A DNA stretch of 54,805 nucleotides, taken from the IMG/VR virus record IMGVR_UViG_3300029826_000003, positions 1 through 54,805 of that record; one strand, 5' to 3'. The notes under the pieces were generated by a model. It had not been told where the DNA came from, did no database searches, and saw nothing but the letters and a program-made list of their open reading frames with translations. A program made the position numbers and the translations under genes. The stretch is from a virus (lineage: Duplodnaviria > Caudoviricetes). Shown in pieces: positions 46,405-54,805 of this stretch. Each line of letters starts with the position of its first letter. Positions within the stretch are counted from its first letter, which is position 1.

Positions 46405-46475
46405 GAGGATGTGGAGATTTTCCGGCCTGAATGATCCCCCATGTTGCGCGCGCCATTCGCATGATTTCGTCTCTG

Positions 46476-47030
46476 TCACTCATGGCCAGATCCCTTCTGT
46501 CCGATACGGGCGAGGAAGATGCGGATATCAGCAATCAATGCTTCTCCACCAGCCATAATCTTTTCCTGACGCCGAGCCGATCCGCCCTCCCGTTCTTCGA
46601 TTCCAGCATAAAAATACTGATGCAAAGAACCTGGAACTACGCGTAAGAGACAGGCTGCCTCCTCTAGCAGTGCGGTTAGGCGAGAGAGTTCAGCATTCTT
46701 TTCTTTGATTATGGACAGATGTGCATCTTTGCCAGATGCTTCCCCGATCTCCGCACGTTCTGCTCGCTCGCTAAAAGCGGTGAGGGTGGAGACAGAATAG
46801 ACCGGCTCTATTTCGAATTCCAGGAAATTGCTCCGAGGGTTCATCTGTTTTTCGCCATACTCCCATGATGACCATTCCGTTGAGCCACCAACTCCAGGTT
46901 TGCACCGATGACGAATGCGCCATGCTACTGGCACACCGATATCATCTTGCAGTGCGACGGAGAGAGTGAATTCCTTCCGTTCTTCCCGATCACGTTCGAT
47001 GGCGTATTGGTCTTTGGCTTCCTGGTTCAT
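46476..47030 (-). CDS. hypothetical protein
   Basis: GGAG RBS; PVAWR...W..WEY. Confidence 0.65.
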   Translation of the reverse strand: MNQEAKDQYAIERDREERKEFTLSVALQDDIGVPVAWRIRHRCKPGVGGSTEWSSWEYGEKQMNPRSNFLEFEIEPVYSVSTLTAFSERAERAEIGEASGKDAHLSIIKEKNAELSRLTALLEEAACLLRVVPGSLHQYFYAGIEEREGGSARRQEKIMAGGEALIADIRIFLARIGQKGSGHE

Positions 47031-47070
47031 TCCGGCTTCTCCATGTAGAACTGGTACGGAGGAAATCGTC

Positions 47071-47250
47071 TCATGCTTTTCTAGAAAGCGTCTGTTCGAT
47101 GAAAGCGCGTAAAAATATGATCCCTATTTTCGGGCCTCTCCAACCCTTCGTCGGATGGCGACGTGCGTCGCACATTTTCTTGACTATTTCGTTGGCACGC
47201 TTTCCTTTATAGCCGTTCGATTCTACGAACTTCATGAACGGATGGATCAT
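47071..47250 (-). CDS. small hypothetical protein
   Basis: GAGG RBS before ATG 47250. Confidence 0.4.
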   Translation of the reverse strand: MIHPFMKFVESNGYKGKRANEIVKKMCDARRHPTKGWRGPKIGIIFLRAFIEQTLSRKA

Positions 47251-47317
47251 TCCTCTATCTCCTTGAACATCGGCCTCGGCGGAAACGGCTTCCATTCGCG
47301 CACCTTGTTGCGCATTG

Positions 47318-48097
47318 TCAGTGGCCATTCGGCCATTGGCGGATCATCAGATCTGACGGAATCATATCGTCGGTCGGCCGGAAGGCAGCGACCTGCTTCA
47401 TGAAGAATGCCACGTCGTAGAGCTCGCACTCGTGCGCCGTATGCCGGGCCCATTCGATCGAGAATTGCCTGTCGTTCCACTTCGGTCCGCTCTTGCCGCC
47501 GAAGATGATCCAGTCCAGCCCGCCATTCCCCATCCAGCGGAAGAACTCGACGCGCTCCTGTGCCGGCTCATAACTGATTCCGATCCAAGGGATGCCGAAA
47601 CGGTGCTTCATATCTACAAGACGCGGAATGTCGCGATCGGCTTCGGCCTGTGTCACGATGGTGACAAGCACGCCAACATGCTGCGGCCATGACGTTTCCC
47701 AAACGGGGGAAACCATCTTGGGGAGATTGCTGATGCGCTTGGTGCAGACCTGCCACTCCAAGCGGTCGCAGGCTTCCATCGTAGCCATGTGATCCGAGCG
47801 CCACCGTTCGTCTATTTCATTGTCGAACAGGTCGCCCATGGAAAGTGTGAAGACGCGCCGGTTCCGGCCATTCTCGGCGAAGAACTTGTCGGCCTGCTTC
47901 TGCCAGCGATATGGCTCATTGCGGGCGTGCTCGGAAAGCAGCCGCCGCGGTGCACCATGGCCCCAATGTCCACCGCCAAATCCACGGTCATCAACACTCT
48001 CGGCATAGCAATGATCGCAAGCCGGACCGACCTTCGTGCATCCGACCCATGAATTAAAAGTAGAATCGGTCCAAGCAATCCCTGTCGTCCTACCCAT
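47318..48097 (-). CDS. DUF5131 (phage Gp37/Gp68) radical-SAM-like protein
   Basis: TGIAWTDSTFNSWVGCTKVGPACDHCYA (CxxxxxxCxxC); SMGDLF; FFMKQ. Confidence 0.9.
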   Translation of the reverse strand: MGRTTGIAWTDSTFNSWVGCTKVGPACDHCYAESVDDRGFGGGHWGHGAPRRLLSEHARNEPYRWQKQADKFFAENGRNRRVFTLSMGDLFDNEIDERWRSDHMATMEACDRLEWQVCTKRISNLPKMVSPVWETSWPQHVGVLVTIVTQAEADRDIPRLVDMKHRFGIPWIGISYEPAQERVEFFRWMGNGGLDWIIFGGKSGPKWNDRQFSIEWARHTAHECELYDVAFFMKQVAAFRPTDDMIPSDLMIRQWPNGH

Positions 48098-48539
48098 TTT
48101 CGCGCCTCTTTTGGCGGTATGCCCGCCACCATGCGGCATCACGTATTTGTCTTTTCCTGTCCCTCCTGCACGACCGGCATTCGCGAGTTCCGTTTGGTCT
48201 AATCAGCGTGTTTTCAGGCGTGAAAGGATGCCCATGAATGCAGTTCGTCTGTGCTTTTTTCTTGCTGTCACGTGTGGCGTGGCAGACACTGCAGACGGGT
48301 TGCACGTCATAGTGATGTTGCGCCGAATAACCGAGATAATGATCATAGGAATGTCTCGGCTCACCTTCTCTCCAAATATGCCCGCAGTCTGAGCACGGCA
48401 GGGAATTCGGATGCGGGCGTCTTCCGCTCCTGACCTCGACGTTAATACGTTGTCGCGCCTGGATTTTGTCGCCAGCGCGAGGTTGGTTTGGTCTTGGCCC
48501 TGGCCTATCGGTCCACTTGATTCCAGTCTCCTTGCCCAT
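48090..48539 (-). CDS. HNH-like endonuclease with a DUF5131-like N-terminal peptide
   Basis: CSDCG...DH..GY...VCSVCH; CIHGHPFTPENT...CRSC. Confidence 0.7.
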   Translation of the reverse strand: MGKETGIKWTDRPGPRPNQPRAGDKIQARQRINVEVRSGRRPHPNSLPCSDCGHIWREGEPRHSYDHYLGYSAQHHYDVQPVCSVCHATRDSKKKAQTNCIHGHPFTPENTLIRPNGTRECRSCRRDRKRQIRDAAWWRAYRQKRRENG

Positions 48540-48934
48540 CAGTTTTTCTTTCCCTCATAGATCGCTCTAGGTGGCAACGGCGTCTTCGGCCTACGTTCCT
48601 TGCGATCGAAGCCGCGGGATTTCATCGTCGGCGGCTTGCGGATTCCAAGCGCTTTTGCCTTTTTGCGGTTCGACGTGGAACGCTCCGTCGCTTCCTTATT
48701 CGTCTTCACGTCATGAGCGAGCTTTAGAACTGCCTGGAGATTGCTTTCACGGTTCTCGCCGCCTTTCCAAAGCGCCTTGATGTGGTCGAATTCTATCCTG
48801 TCTCCGTCCTTGAATTCAATGCCGGTTATGGCGCATCGGTTGTTCTGGCGATCGATGATACGCAGCTTGCAGGACCGCGGAGGTTTGCTGTCATCCGTCT
48901 TGCCAATCCATTCCTTGACGGATCTCATGGCCAT
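48539..48934 (-). CDS. HNH endonuclease
   Basis: EFDHIKALWKGGENRESNLQ...H..KT. Confidence 0.85.
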   Translation of the reverse strand: MAMRSVKEWIGKTDDSKPPRSCKLRIIDRQNNRCAITGIEFKDGDRIEFDHIKALWKGGENRESNLQAVLKLAHDVKTNKEATERSTSNRKKAKALGIRKPPTMKSRGFDRKERRPKTPLPPRAIYEGKKN

Positions 48935-49152
48935 TTCCTCCCAAGGCTCGCTGCCAATGCCCGATTTGTATTTTCGCGCAGTTCACCTTCGAGATGACGA
49001 TAGGCGTGATGGGCCTTCTTCTCCCGGTCGCGCCTGGCAATAAGTGCCTTGCGGCGCTCCTCGTATCGTCTAGCGACCGGTGCAAACTTCCTGCGGTCCA
49101 TGAACCGTGTGTAGGCTCCGAGGATTTCTCGGAGGATATGGTCAAGGGTCAT
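48925..49152 (-). CDS. hypothetical protein
   Basis: Coupled ORF. Confidence 0.6.
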   Translation of the reverse strand: MTLDHILREILGAYTRFMDRRKFAPVARRYEERRKALIARRDREKKAHHAYRHLEGELRENTNRALAASLGRKWP

Positions 49153-50048
49153 GACAGAACACGGAAGCCAGCCGCATTGCGATGGCCGCCTCCTCCGTTT
49201 GCCTTGGCAATCTCCGACACGTCGACGCGGTCATCGGTGCTTCGGAGTGAATAGGTGATGCCCTCTCTATTTTGGATCACCGCGACAGCGAACGGCGCGT
49301 CCGGGTACATCGCCAAAAGCGTGTTGCACGTGTCCGACACGAAGTCGTAAGGGCATGCGTAGGTAACGGCGACCCCTTGGTGTCCATGGAATTCCTGGCG
49401 CCCTGCGGTCTCACAGATCGCCTTGATGCGCTGATCGTAGAAGCGCTTGATCGCCGCGGCTTCTCCGAGAAACCGTTCCGGATCTTCGCTATAGAGAGAG
49501 GCCGCTGCGTCCCATTGGCTGAAATCACGGTCAAGTGATCGAAGGTACATGCTGACGAGCTTTGTATCCGGTCGATCAAAGCGCCATAGATCGCGGTCCT
49601 CGACGGCGAGGATGAGTGGCGGAATGCTTTCGCCGGGGAACGCAAAATCCCAAAGCATCCTGGCACCGGAACGGTTCATATCGAACTCGACCAGGACGCG
49701 TTCGCGCCAAGTCCCCGCCATACGGGCGAAGCATCGTTCGATGTTGTCGACCGTCGGCCTGACGATCTGGTGAAGACCTGAGAGCTTTTCCTGCGCCGTC
49801 TTGTGATGATCGAGCATTACGATGCGACCGCCGCGATCGACGACGTCTTCGCATTGCTCTGGCGAGATCGAGAAGTCCGCGATCAGGATGTCCCTTCCGC
49901 TCGGGTCAAACACCGAAATTTCCCGGCCATAATTGCTCGGCAGGTATTCGAGTGCGTTGCCCCATTTCTTGTGCGCGGCCCACGCCGCAGCGAAACCGTC
50001 GTCGCAGTTGTCGTGGTAGATCAGGACGTCGGGTTGATATGGCATCAC
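49149..50048 (-). CDS. DHH/DHHA1 phosphoesterase
   Basis: YHDNCDDGF, DFS, LDHH, DRDLW, GGGGHRNAAGF. Confidence 0.92.
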   Translation of the reverse strand: MMPYQPDVLIYHDNCDDGFAAAWAAHKKWGNALEYLPSNYGREISVFDPSGRDILIADFSISPEQCEDVVDRGGRIVMLDHHKTAQEKLSGLHQIVRPTVDNIERCFARMAGTWRERVLVEFDMNRSGARMLWDFAFPGESIPPLILAVEDRDLWRFDRPDTKLVSMYLRSLDRDFSQWDAAASLYSEDPERFLGEAAAIKRFYDQRIKAICETAGRQEFHGHQGVAVTYACPYDFVSDTCNTLLAMYPDAPFAVAVIQNREGITYSLRSTDDRVDVSEIAKANGGGGHRNAAGFRVLS

Positions 50049-50118
50049 AGTCTCCTCATCCGATACAATTCAGCCTTGGCATCCTCTGCCGTGGCATCGC
50101 CCTTGATGACTTTGCGTG

Positions 50119-50538
50119 TCATGCTGCCTCCAGGAATGCGAGCGGATCAAAGCCAATGGCATCTGCCAGCTTTTCCATGGCGCGGTCCATATATGCCTTG
50201 AATGCATCACCATCCATCGCGTCAAAAGCCGTACTATCTGTTGTGACGAACGGCTTTCCGTCGAGGCCATATGTGACCGTTATGTAGCCGCAAGCACGCT
50301 TCAATGCGTCATGCAAATGTTCCGCTGTAGGCCACTTGTCTGTCGCGTTCACGACTTCCGTCAGAGCTTTCCAATATGTGCGATGCTGCGGAAGACTTCT
50401 CTTCGACATCTTCGTGACGCGGAACTCTGAGCCCATCGGCGCATTGATCAGAAGCTCGGCATCAAACGACGACACCGGTTGCAGTCCTTTCGGCGTCTTG
50501 CGGACGATGATTGCCAGTGTTCCGCGCTTCTTGCTCAT
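50119..50538 (-). CDS. DUF1367/NinB-like recombination accessory protein
   Basis: RSLPQHRTYW...STAFDAMD...F..YMD. Confidence 0.7.
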   Translation of the reverse strand: MSKKRGTLAIIVRKTPKGLQPVSSFDAELLINAPMGSEFRVTKMSKRSLPQHRTYWKALTEVVNATDKWPTAEHLHDALKRACGYITVTYGLDGKPFVTTDSTAFDAMDGDAFKAYMDRAMEKLADAIGFDPLAFLEAA

Positions 50539-51254
50539 GCAGCGTCCAACGTGCTTTCTGGCAGACGAGAGAGGCGATCGGCAAAAGCATCCTTGAACGC
50601 GTAGTATTCGTTATCCGGCAGGCTCTCGATCTGCGTTTTCTGATTGCCGGCCCATTTCAGAAGGTCTCCCTTCGTCAAAAGGCGCTGCATGTTCTCGTAG
50701 AGCGCCGCATAGACGTGTTCGATGTCTTTTGTGTCTGTCAAGCGTTCTCCAGAAGCGCGCGGTTTACGGGGCTTCTGTGCGGGCTTCGAAGCCGGTTCTT
50801 CGATACCATCAGAAACATTCGCCTGAGCCTTGTCATAGAGGGCGAGACCAAACTGGTTTCCGAAGGTCATCAATGCCCGCTTTCGCGCATCGGATTCGGC
50901 TTCCTTGATAGCGCTTTCGTGGGCGAGGCCAAGATCCACATCAATGCCGTGGCCAGATCCCATGCCTTCACGCTCAATGCCTCCGACCTTGACGCATACC
51001 TTTGCGATGTAGGTCACCCCCCATCCATCGCGTTCGTACTGGCCGCGGCCGATCTTGCGTTCATGTTCCGCCACACATCTGCATTCGACCGTGTGGCTGT
51101 CCCATGCATCGAAGCCGAATATACGGTTCGCTTCGGCGATCGCGTGCCAGCTCTCGATATAGCTCAGCGTTGATTTGCCCTGTTCGCGCGTCTTGACATG
51201 GATACGATTGAGCGGCTTTGCGAGTTCTGCTTTCTGATCTTCCGTAAACATCAT
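50535..51254 (-). CDS. Rad52/Sak-family single-strand annealing recombinase
   Basis: LSYIESWHAIAEANRIFGFDAW...REGMGSG...AIKEAESDARKRALMTFGNQFGLALYDK. Confidence 0.93.
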   Translation of the reverse strand: MMFTEDQKAELAKPLNRIHVKTREQGKSTLSYIESWHAIAEANRIFGFDAWDSHTVECRCVAEHERKIGRGQYERDGWGVTYIAKVCVKVGGIEREGMGSGHGIDVDLGLAHESAIKEAESDARKRALMTFGNQFGLALYDKAQANVSDGIEEPASKPAQKPRKPRASGERLTDTKDIEHVYAALYENMQRLLTKGDLLKWAGNQKTQIESLPDNEYYAFKDAFADRLSRLPESTLDAA

Positions 51255-51754
51255 TTCACCCTGATCGTTAGCGTTTCTTCACCAAGCGACAGTTCGGCAC
51301 CGGGGACTTTTTCACCGGCCTCAAGCGCCTTCTTCAGCGCCGTCTTGTCGGCTTCCTTCTTGAGCCGATAAAATCCCTGCGGAAGTTCATCGACATTCAG
51401 GACGTTGACAGATGCACGGGGCTTGCTGATCGAAAGTGTCGCTCCGGTAAACATGAGCTTGTCCAGATCGGCGGAAAGCATGATCGACCGTATGAGCGAT
51501 TTCATGGCCGCTTCCTTGCGCTCGAAACGTCCGCGTCTGGCGTGAATGTCAGCCTCATAATCCTTCAGTCCAGAGGCAAATGCTTTTGCTGTCTGCGCCT
51601 CTTCCAGAGCCTTTCCGATCACTTTCATGATGTCGGTTTGACCCTCTAAAACATCCAGGCGCAGAAGTTCATCTTCGGCAAGATCCGGGTTGTCGGAAAT
51701 GAGTTTCGCGATTTCTGCCTTCAGGAATCCTGCGTTCATGTAAAGACTGCTCAT
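51251..51754 (-). CDS. Gp157-family protein
   Basis: DKTALKKALEAGEKVPGAEL...LTIR; adjacent to the recombinase. Confidence 0.85.
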   Translation of the reverse strand: MSSLYMNAGFLKAEIAKLISDNPDLAEDELLRLDVLEGQTDIMKVIGKALEEAQTAKAFASGLKDYEADIHARRGRFERKEAAMKSLIRSIMLSADLDKLMFTGATLSISKPRASVNVLNVDELPQGFYRLKKEADKTALKKALEAGEKVPGAELSLGEETLTIRVK

Positions 51755-51984
51755 GAGACCATCCTCGCCTTTGCACGTCTAGCCCATTTCAAGGCCGTCT
51801 TGGCATTCGTCCATTGCTGGTCAGACCACGCGCGATATCTGCGATATCTGTCCGTCTTTCCGAGCAGTTCCGCCTCGATTGCCATGCGCTTGTATTCATG
51901 GGCGCGGCGCTTGCTTCCGAACAGATGCTCGAGCCACGCGTCCAGTTCATTCCTGGAATCAAACGATGCAGTACGTTCATTCAT
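51751..51984 (-). CDS. hypothetical protein
   Basis: Coupled ORF with GAGGTGG RBS. Confidence 0.55.
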   Translation of the reverse strand: MNERTASFDSRNELDAWLEHLFGSKRRAHEYKRMAIEAELLGKTDRYRRYRAWSDQQWTNAKTALKWARRAKARMVS

Positions 51985-52175
51985 CACCACCACCTCAGAT
52001 TTGCACCGGCAATATAGCCAGCAAGGAAAAGGAAAACAGCGTGACTTCCGAATGCCACAGCGAACACACTGACACGCCAGCGACCGATCTTGAACACCTT
52101 GTCCACAGTGCCGAAGTCGGGATGGCATTCGTATCTGCGGAAACCATCCTCTGGATCGGTGAGGTTGATAGTCAT
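51984..52175 (-). CDS. hypothetical protein
   Basis: Coupled ORF. Confidence 0.5.
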   Translation of the reverse strand: MTINLTDPEDGFRRYECHPDFGTVDKVFKIGRWRVSVFAVAFGSHAVFLFLAGYIAGANLRWW

Positions 52176-52867
52176 GATGCTGCCTCAGCAGAAATACGCT
52201 TGTGTTCGCCATCGAGCATCTGCTCAAGAATGGTATTAAATTCGTTGATCTTGGGGGCACTCCTGGCAGCAATCATAGCGGCACTAGCGGCATCTCTCTC
52301 TGCGGCACTCACGGACTCCCATGCTGCAGCACTCGCGGCAGATCTCGCGGCGGCCAATGCAGCGTCCCACCCTGCGTCCAATGTGGCATTCCACGCTACA
52401 GCGCCTGCGGCCCTCGCGGCGCAACTCGCGACGGCATTCGTGGTTCTCCTCGCGGCGCTCCACGCGGCTTCCTTCGCGGTCATCCTTAGTGCCTCATTTC
52501 CTGTTTCTAGGTACTCGCGAACGATTGCCGGTGCGTCCCAAAGATCGATGACGGAAAGCGCGGTCTTGCGAGCGAAAGCTCGCAAAACATCATCTGCATT
52601 CTCAATTCGCCAATCGATCCTACGCTCCCAACAGACGAGCTTATCGTTCTTCTCCTCCTCAACGATCCGTTTGCAAGAGACACGACAAACTGTTGATCCC
52701 GGTGCATATTGAAGCGCATCGATGACACGGCGCGAGGCATGCAGACCACTTTCGCACATGATGACTTTGGGACCATCATGGACAATCCATTCACCATCAG
52801 CCGGAATGTCTCGGCCGTCGCGAAGCTTCTTTCCGCAGAAGTGCCATGCCTTCACGATAGCCATCAC
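52172..52867 (-). CDS. phage protein with Ala/Trp-rich repeats
   Basis: MCESGLHAS...DALQYAPG; AAWSAAR-like repeats. Confidence 0.8.
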   Translation of the reverse strand: MMAIVKAWHFCGKKLRDGRDIPADGEWIVHDGPKVIMCESGLHASRRVIDALQYAPGSTVCRVSCKRIVEEEKNDKLVCWERRIDWRIENADDVLRAFARKTALSVIDLWDAPAIVREYLETGNEALRMTAKEAAWSAARRTTNAVASCAARAAGAVAWNATLDAGWDAALAAARSAASAAAWESVSAAERDAASAAMIAARSAPKINEFNTILEQMLDGEHKRISAEAAS

Positions 52868-52934
52868 ACCACCTCCATCCGTTCCCGCTCAATGAGCCGG
52901 TCAAGAAAATCCCGATCGGCCATGCCGAGAACGA

Positions 52935-53165
52935 TCATGATTCCGTCTCCTCCAGCATCTTCCTGCCGGCTTCTGTTGCTCGCCAATTCCTTGCCGCAAT
53001 GTCGTAACTGACAGAAGCGAGCCCAAGTCGTTGCAGTGCGAACAATGTCGCTGTTGTACGAACGCCTTTCGGCAATGACGTTATCAACCTATCTCCCCAT
53101 ACAGAGTAGGAGAACGGCATAGCGGCGAGTGCTCGCCTTTGTGCGTCGGTAATCTTTGGCATCAC
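52935..53165 (-). CDS. small winged-helix-like protein
   Basis: ITDAQRRAL...LQRLGL...TEAGRK. Confidence 0.65.
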   Translation of the reverse strand: MMPKITDAQRRALAAMPFSYSVWGDRLITSLPKGVRTTATLFALQRLGLASVSYDIAARNWRATEAGRKMLEETES

Positions 53166-53482
53166 TCTGTTTCCTTCTTTGCGGCGAGGAGAGCAGCGCG
53201 AACCATCGACTGGACGACGCGCGCATCGCGATCTGTGACCAGCGCTGTACCGCTCACGTTGATCAATGCTTTTCCGACTGTCTCCAGCGCTTCCAGCATC
53301 TGTTCCCTGATAGGGTCCACCCGACTGGCGTATTCCTTTATGCCGGCAAGAGCGTCCTGCACCGCGTGTGAGCTGTCATAAAATCCAGCACGCATCACAT
53401 CGGCGGTATCTGAAAATCCGGCAGTATCGCGGCGCTTCGCCGCTGCCTCCCGCGCGCATTCGAGCATCAATTTCTCGTCCAT
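53162..53482 (-). CDS. hypothetical protein
   Basis: GAGG RBS; MLEALE...RAAL. Confidence 0.65.
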   Translation of the reverse strand: MDEKLMLECAREAAAKRRDTAGFSDTADVMRAGFYDSSHAVQDALAGIKEYASRVDPIREQMLEALETVGKALINVSGTALVTDRDARVVQSMVRAALLAAKKETE

Positions 53483-53492
53483 GTCGGTATCC

Positions 53493-53900
53493 TCACTCTT
53501 CCGCTTCGTGAGCCCGCTGATCAGTGATCGCGTTCTCGCTCAGGCGTTTCATCGTGTCGGTGAGGGGATTGAGATAGTCGACGTCTATGCCGTGCTTCTT
53601 GCCAATATCGATGACGGAGCCGAGCGCGGCCATGAAGTCGTTGAGCTTGGCCTCGTCCGCATTGGGCTGTGAGAAAATAAAGTCTGCAGCCTTATCGAGT
53701 ACTTCCAATGCGTTTCCATCGAAGAACTTCCATTTTTCATCGCCGAGAATTCCGCGATTGATGCCGCTCTTCCACCAAAGATAGACATTCTGGTCTTTGT
53801 GATTTTCGATGCTGAACTTCGCGCTCGGCTCGCGCATTCCTTTCTCCAGCATCGCCTTCACGATCCCGTCCACGCGCGTCTGAATTTCATTGATGTCCAT
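53493..53900 (-). CDS. hypothetical protein
   Basis: GAGG RBS; C-terminal MKRLSENAIT. Confidence 0.7.
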   Translation of the reverse strand: MDINEIQTRVDGIVKAMLEKGMREPSAKFSIENHKDQNVYLWWKSGINRGILGDEKWKFFDGNALEVLDKAADFIFSQPNADEAKLNDFMAALGSVIDIGKKHGIDVDYLNPLTDTMKRLSENAITDQRAHEAEE

Positions 53901-53910
53901 GATTCTTTCC

Positions 53911-54156
53911 TCACTTGAGAAGATGGCCACGCCCGGCGGCTTTCATATCGCGGCGATAGGTAGAGTCGTCCGGGCCACCGCTCTCCATCAGGGATTCCTG
54001 ATGCCGTTCATATGCGGCCTCGTTCCGGTTCTGAATAATTGCCTGGCATTCTACTGAAATGTCCTTGGCGATATGCGTGATCTGCTCCTGCGTCAATTTC
54101 CATTCGTCGAGAAGAATCTCGCAGATTTCTGTCAGCGCTTCATTCGGATAGGTCAT
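53911..54156 (-). CDS. hypothetical protein
   Basis: GAGG RBS; YRRDMKAAGRGHLL. Confidence 0.7.
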   Translation of the reverse strand: MTYPNEALTEICEILLDEWKLTQEQITHIAKDISVECQAIIQNRNEAAYERHQESLMESGGPDDSTYRRDMKAAGRGHLLK

Positions 54157-54168
54157 AATGCTTTCCTC

Positions 54169-54354
54169 TCATCCCATATGGAGAACGTACGATGCGGCGA
54201 TCCATCCAACGGCGATGCTGCTCAGAATCAGGATAGCCAATGCGATTTCGAAGGCGATCGGGCGAGACAGCCATACCGGTCCCGTGTCCGCCTCGTCGTC
54301 GAAATCGGTTGACCCTTCGGAGCGCCGATAAGCGTCATCAAGGTTCGGGATCAT
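54169..54354 (-). CDS. small membrane protein
   Basis: C-terminal TM; coupled to the upstream ORF. Confidence 0.5.
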   Translation of the reverse strand: MIPNLDDAYRRSEGSTDFDDEADTGPVWLSRPIAFEIALAILILSSIAVGWIAASYVLHMG

Positions 54355-54533
54355 CGGACACCCCAGACGATCGCAAGGGTACACCAAAGGATGCCGGTGA
54401 AGAGCACGATCGCCGCTCCGCGCAGCATGTCGTCGACCATCTCTCGCATGGCGAATTCGACGCAGGTTTCCGGTTCGACGCGACCACGCGCGATCAGGTT
54501 TTCGCCAGGAAATGTTCCGAGATCCTGCATCAC
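54351..54533 (-). CDS. small membrane protein
   Basis: GAGGAGG RBS; C-terminal TM. Confidence 0.55.
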   Translation of the reverse strand: MMQDLGTFPGENLIARGRVEPETCVEFAMREMVDDMLRGAAIVLFTGILWCTLAIVWGVR

Positions 54534-54805
54534 TCGACCTCCTCGAATTCACCATCGACCGTCAGGCGATAGGTCTTGCCGGCCTCGACACCGTTTTGTC
54601 CGACGAGAGACGCCCGCACGGCGACGAGATTTTGATCCTCGTCATATGCAGCGAGGCTAATCGCTCCGCCTTCACGGGCCGTAGCAGTTCCATTTATGCC
54701 AGCAGCGTGAGCGATGGCATTTTTGCCTTTGACGGAGGCGTGGCCGCGATTCCCGGCCGCGGAGGCGTGGCCGCCATACCCGTCGGCGGAGGCGTGGCCG
54801 TAATC
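54530..54805 (-). CDS. 3' part of the repeat protein that starts at 465
   Basis: DYGHASADGYGGHASAAGNRGHASVKGKNAIAHAAG...VGQNGVEAGKTYRLTVDGEFEEVE-stop. Confidence 0.8.
   Translation of the reverse strand, partial: DYGHASADGYGGHASAAGNRGHASVKGKNAIAHAAGINGTATAREGGAISLAAYDEDQNLVAVRASLVGQNGVEAGKTYRLTVDGEFEEVE

Larger units (their letters stand above)
41226..46408 (+). repeat. array of short genes separated by conserved junction motifs
   Basis: About 14 degenerate copies of TTCnnGAAACCGCCG..GGAGG (41.2-45.4 kb), then 4-5 copies of TCYGAATAGGA(G)G (45.5-46.4 kb). Confidence 0.85.

Noticed and set aside
41226-46408. Classical integron or CRISPR array
   Set aside because: No IntI tyrosine recombinase, no RYYYAAC...GTTRRRY attC hairpins and no cas genes; the repeats are short and degenerate and separate whole genes rather than ~35-nt spacers.
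46138-46479. Minus-strand ORF MTETKSCEW...
   Set aside because: Most of it overlaps motif-flanked plus-strand genes. Only its first ~25 codons could be a remnant, which I cannot support further.

Overview
This window looks like a near-complete, circularly permuted ~55 kb genome of a P22-like podovirus; an alphaproteobacterial (Rhizobiales-like) host is inferred from promoter style and gene families. Both ends fall inside a 27-bp tandem repeat of one minus-strand gene. Layout: divergent control region with operators, a Cro-like gene and an iteron origin (1.9-2.8 kb); replication, methylase and late-regulator genes (2.8-8.4 kb); a structured non-coding block with two tRNA-shaped modules (8.4-9.0 kb); packaging, head, tail and ejection genes (9.3-35 kb); lysis (35-38 kb); an accessory region (38-46.4 kb); and a leftward early/recombination operon (46.5 kb to the end, wrapping to 1.8 kb). 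I recognised no integrase or CI repressor. The best candidate for an undescribed system is an integron-like array at 41.2-46.4 kb. One sigma70 promoter precedes about 17 short unrelated genes, separated by a conserved junction motif (TTCnnGAAAC-CGCCG-GGAGG proximally, TCYGAATAGGAGG distally and in the opposite arm). Signs of exchange at the motif include a 76-bp duplication ending exactly at GAAAC, a headless cassette and decay of distal cassettes. Its cargo includes a stand-alone MutS domain-I protein and a variant cytosine methylase. All product calls come from recognising motifs by eye; no database search was run.
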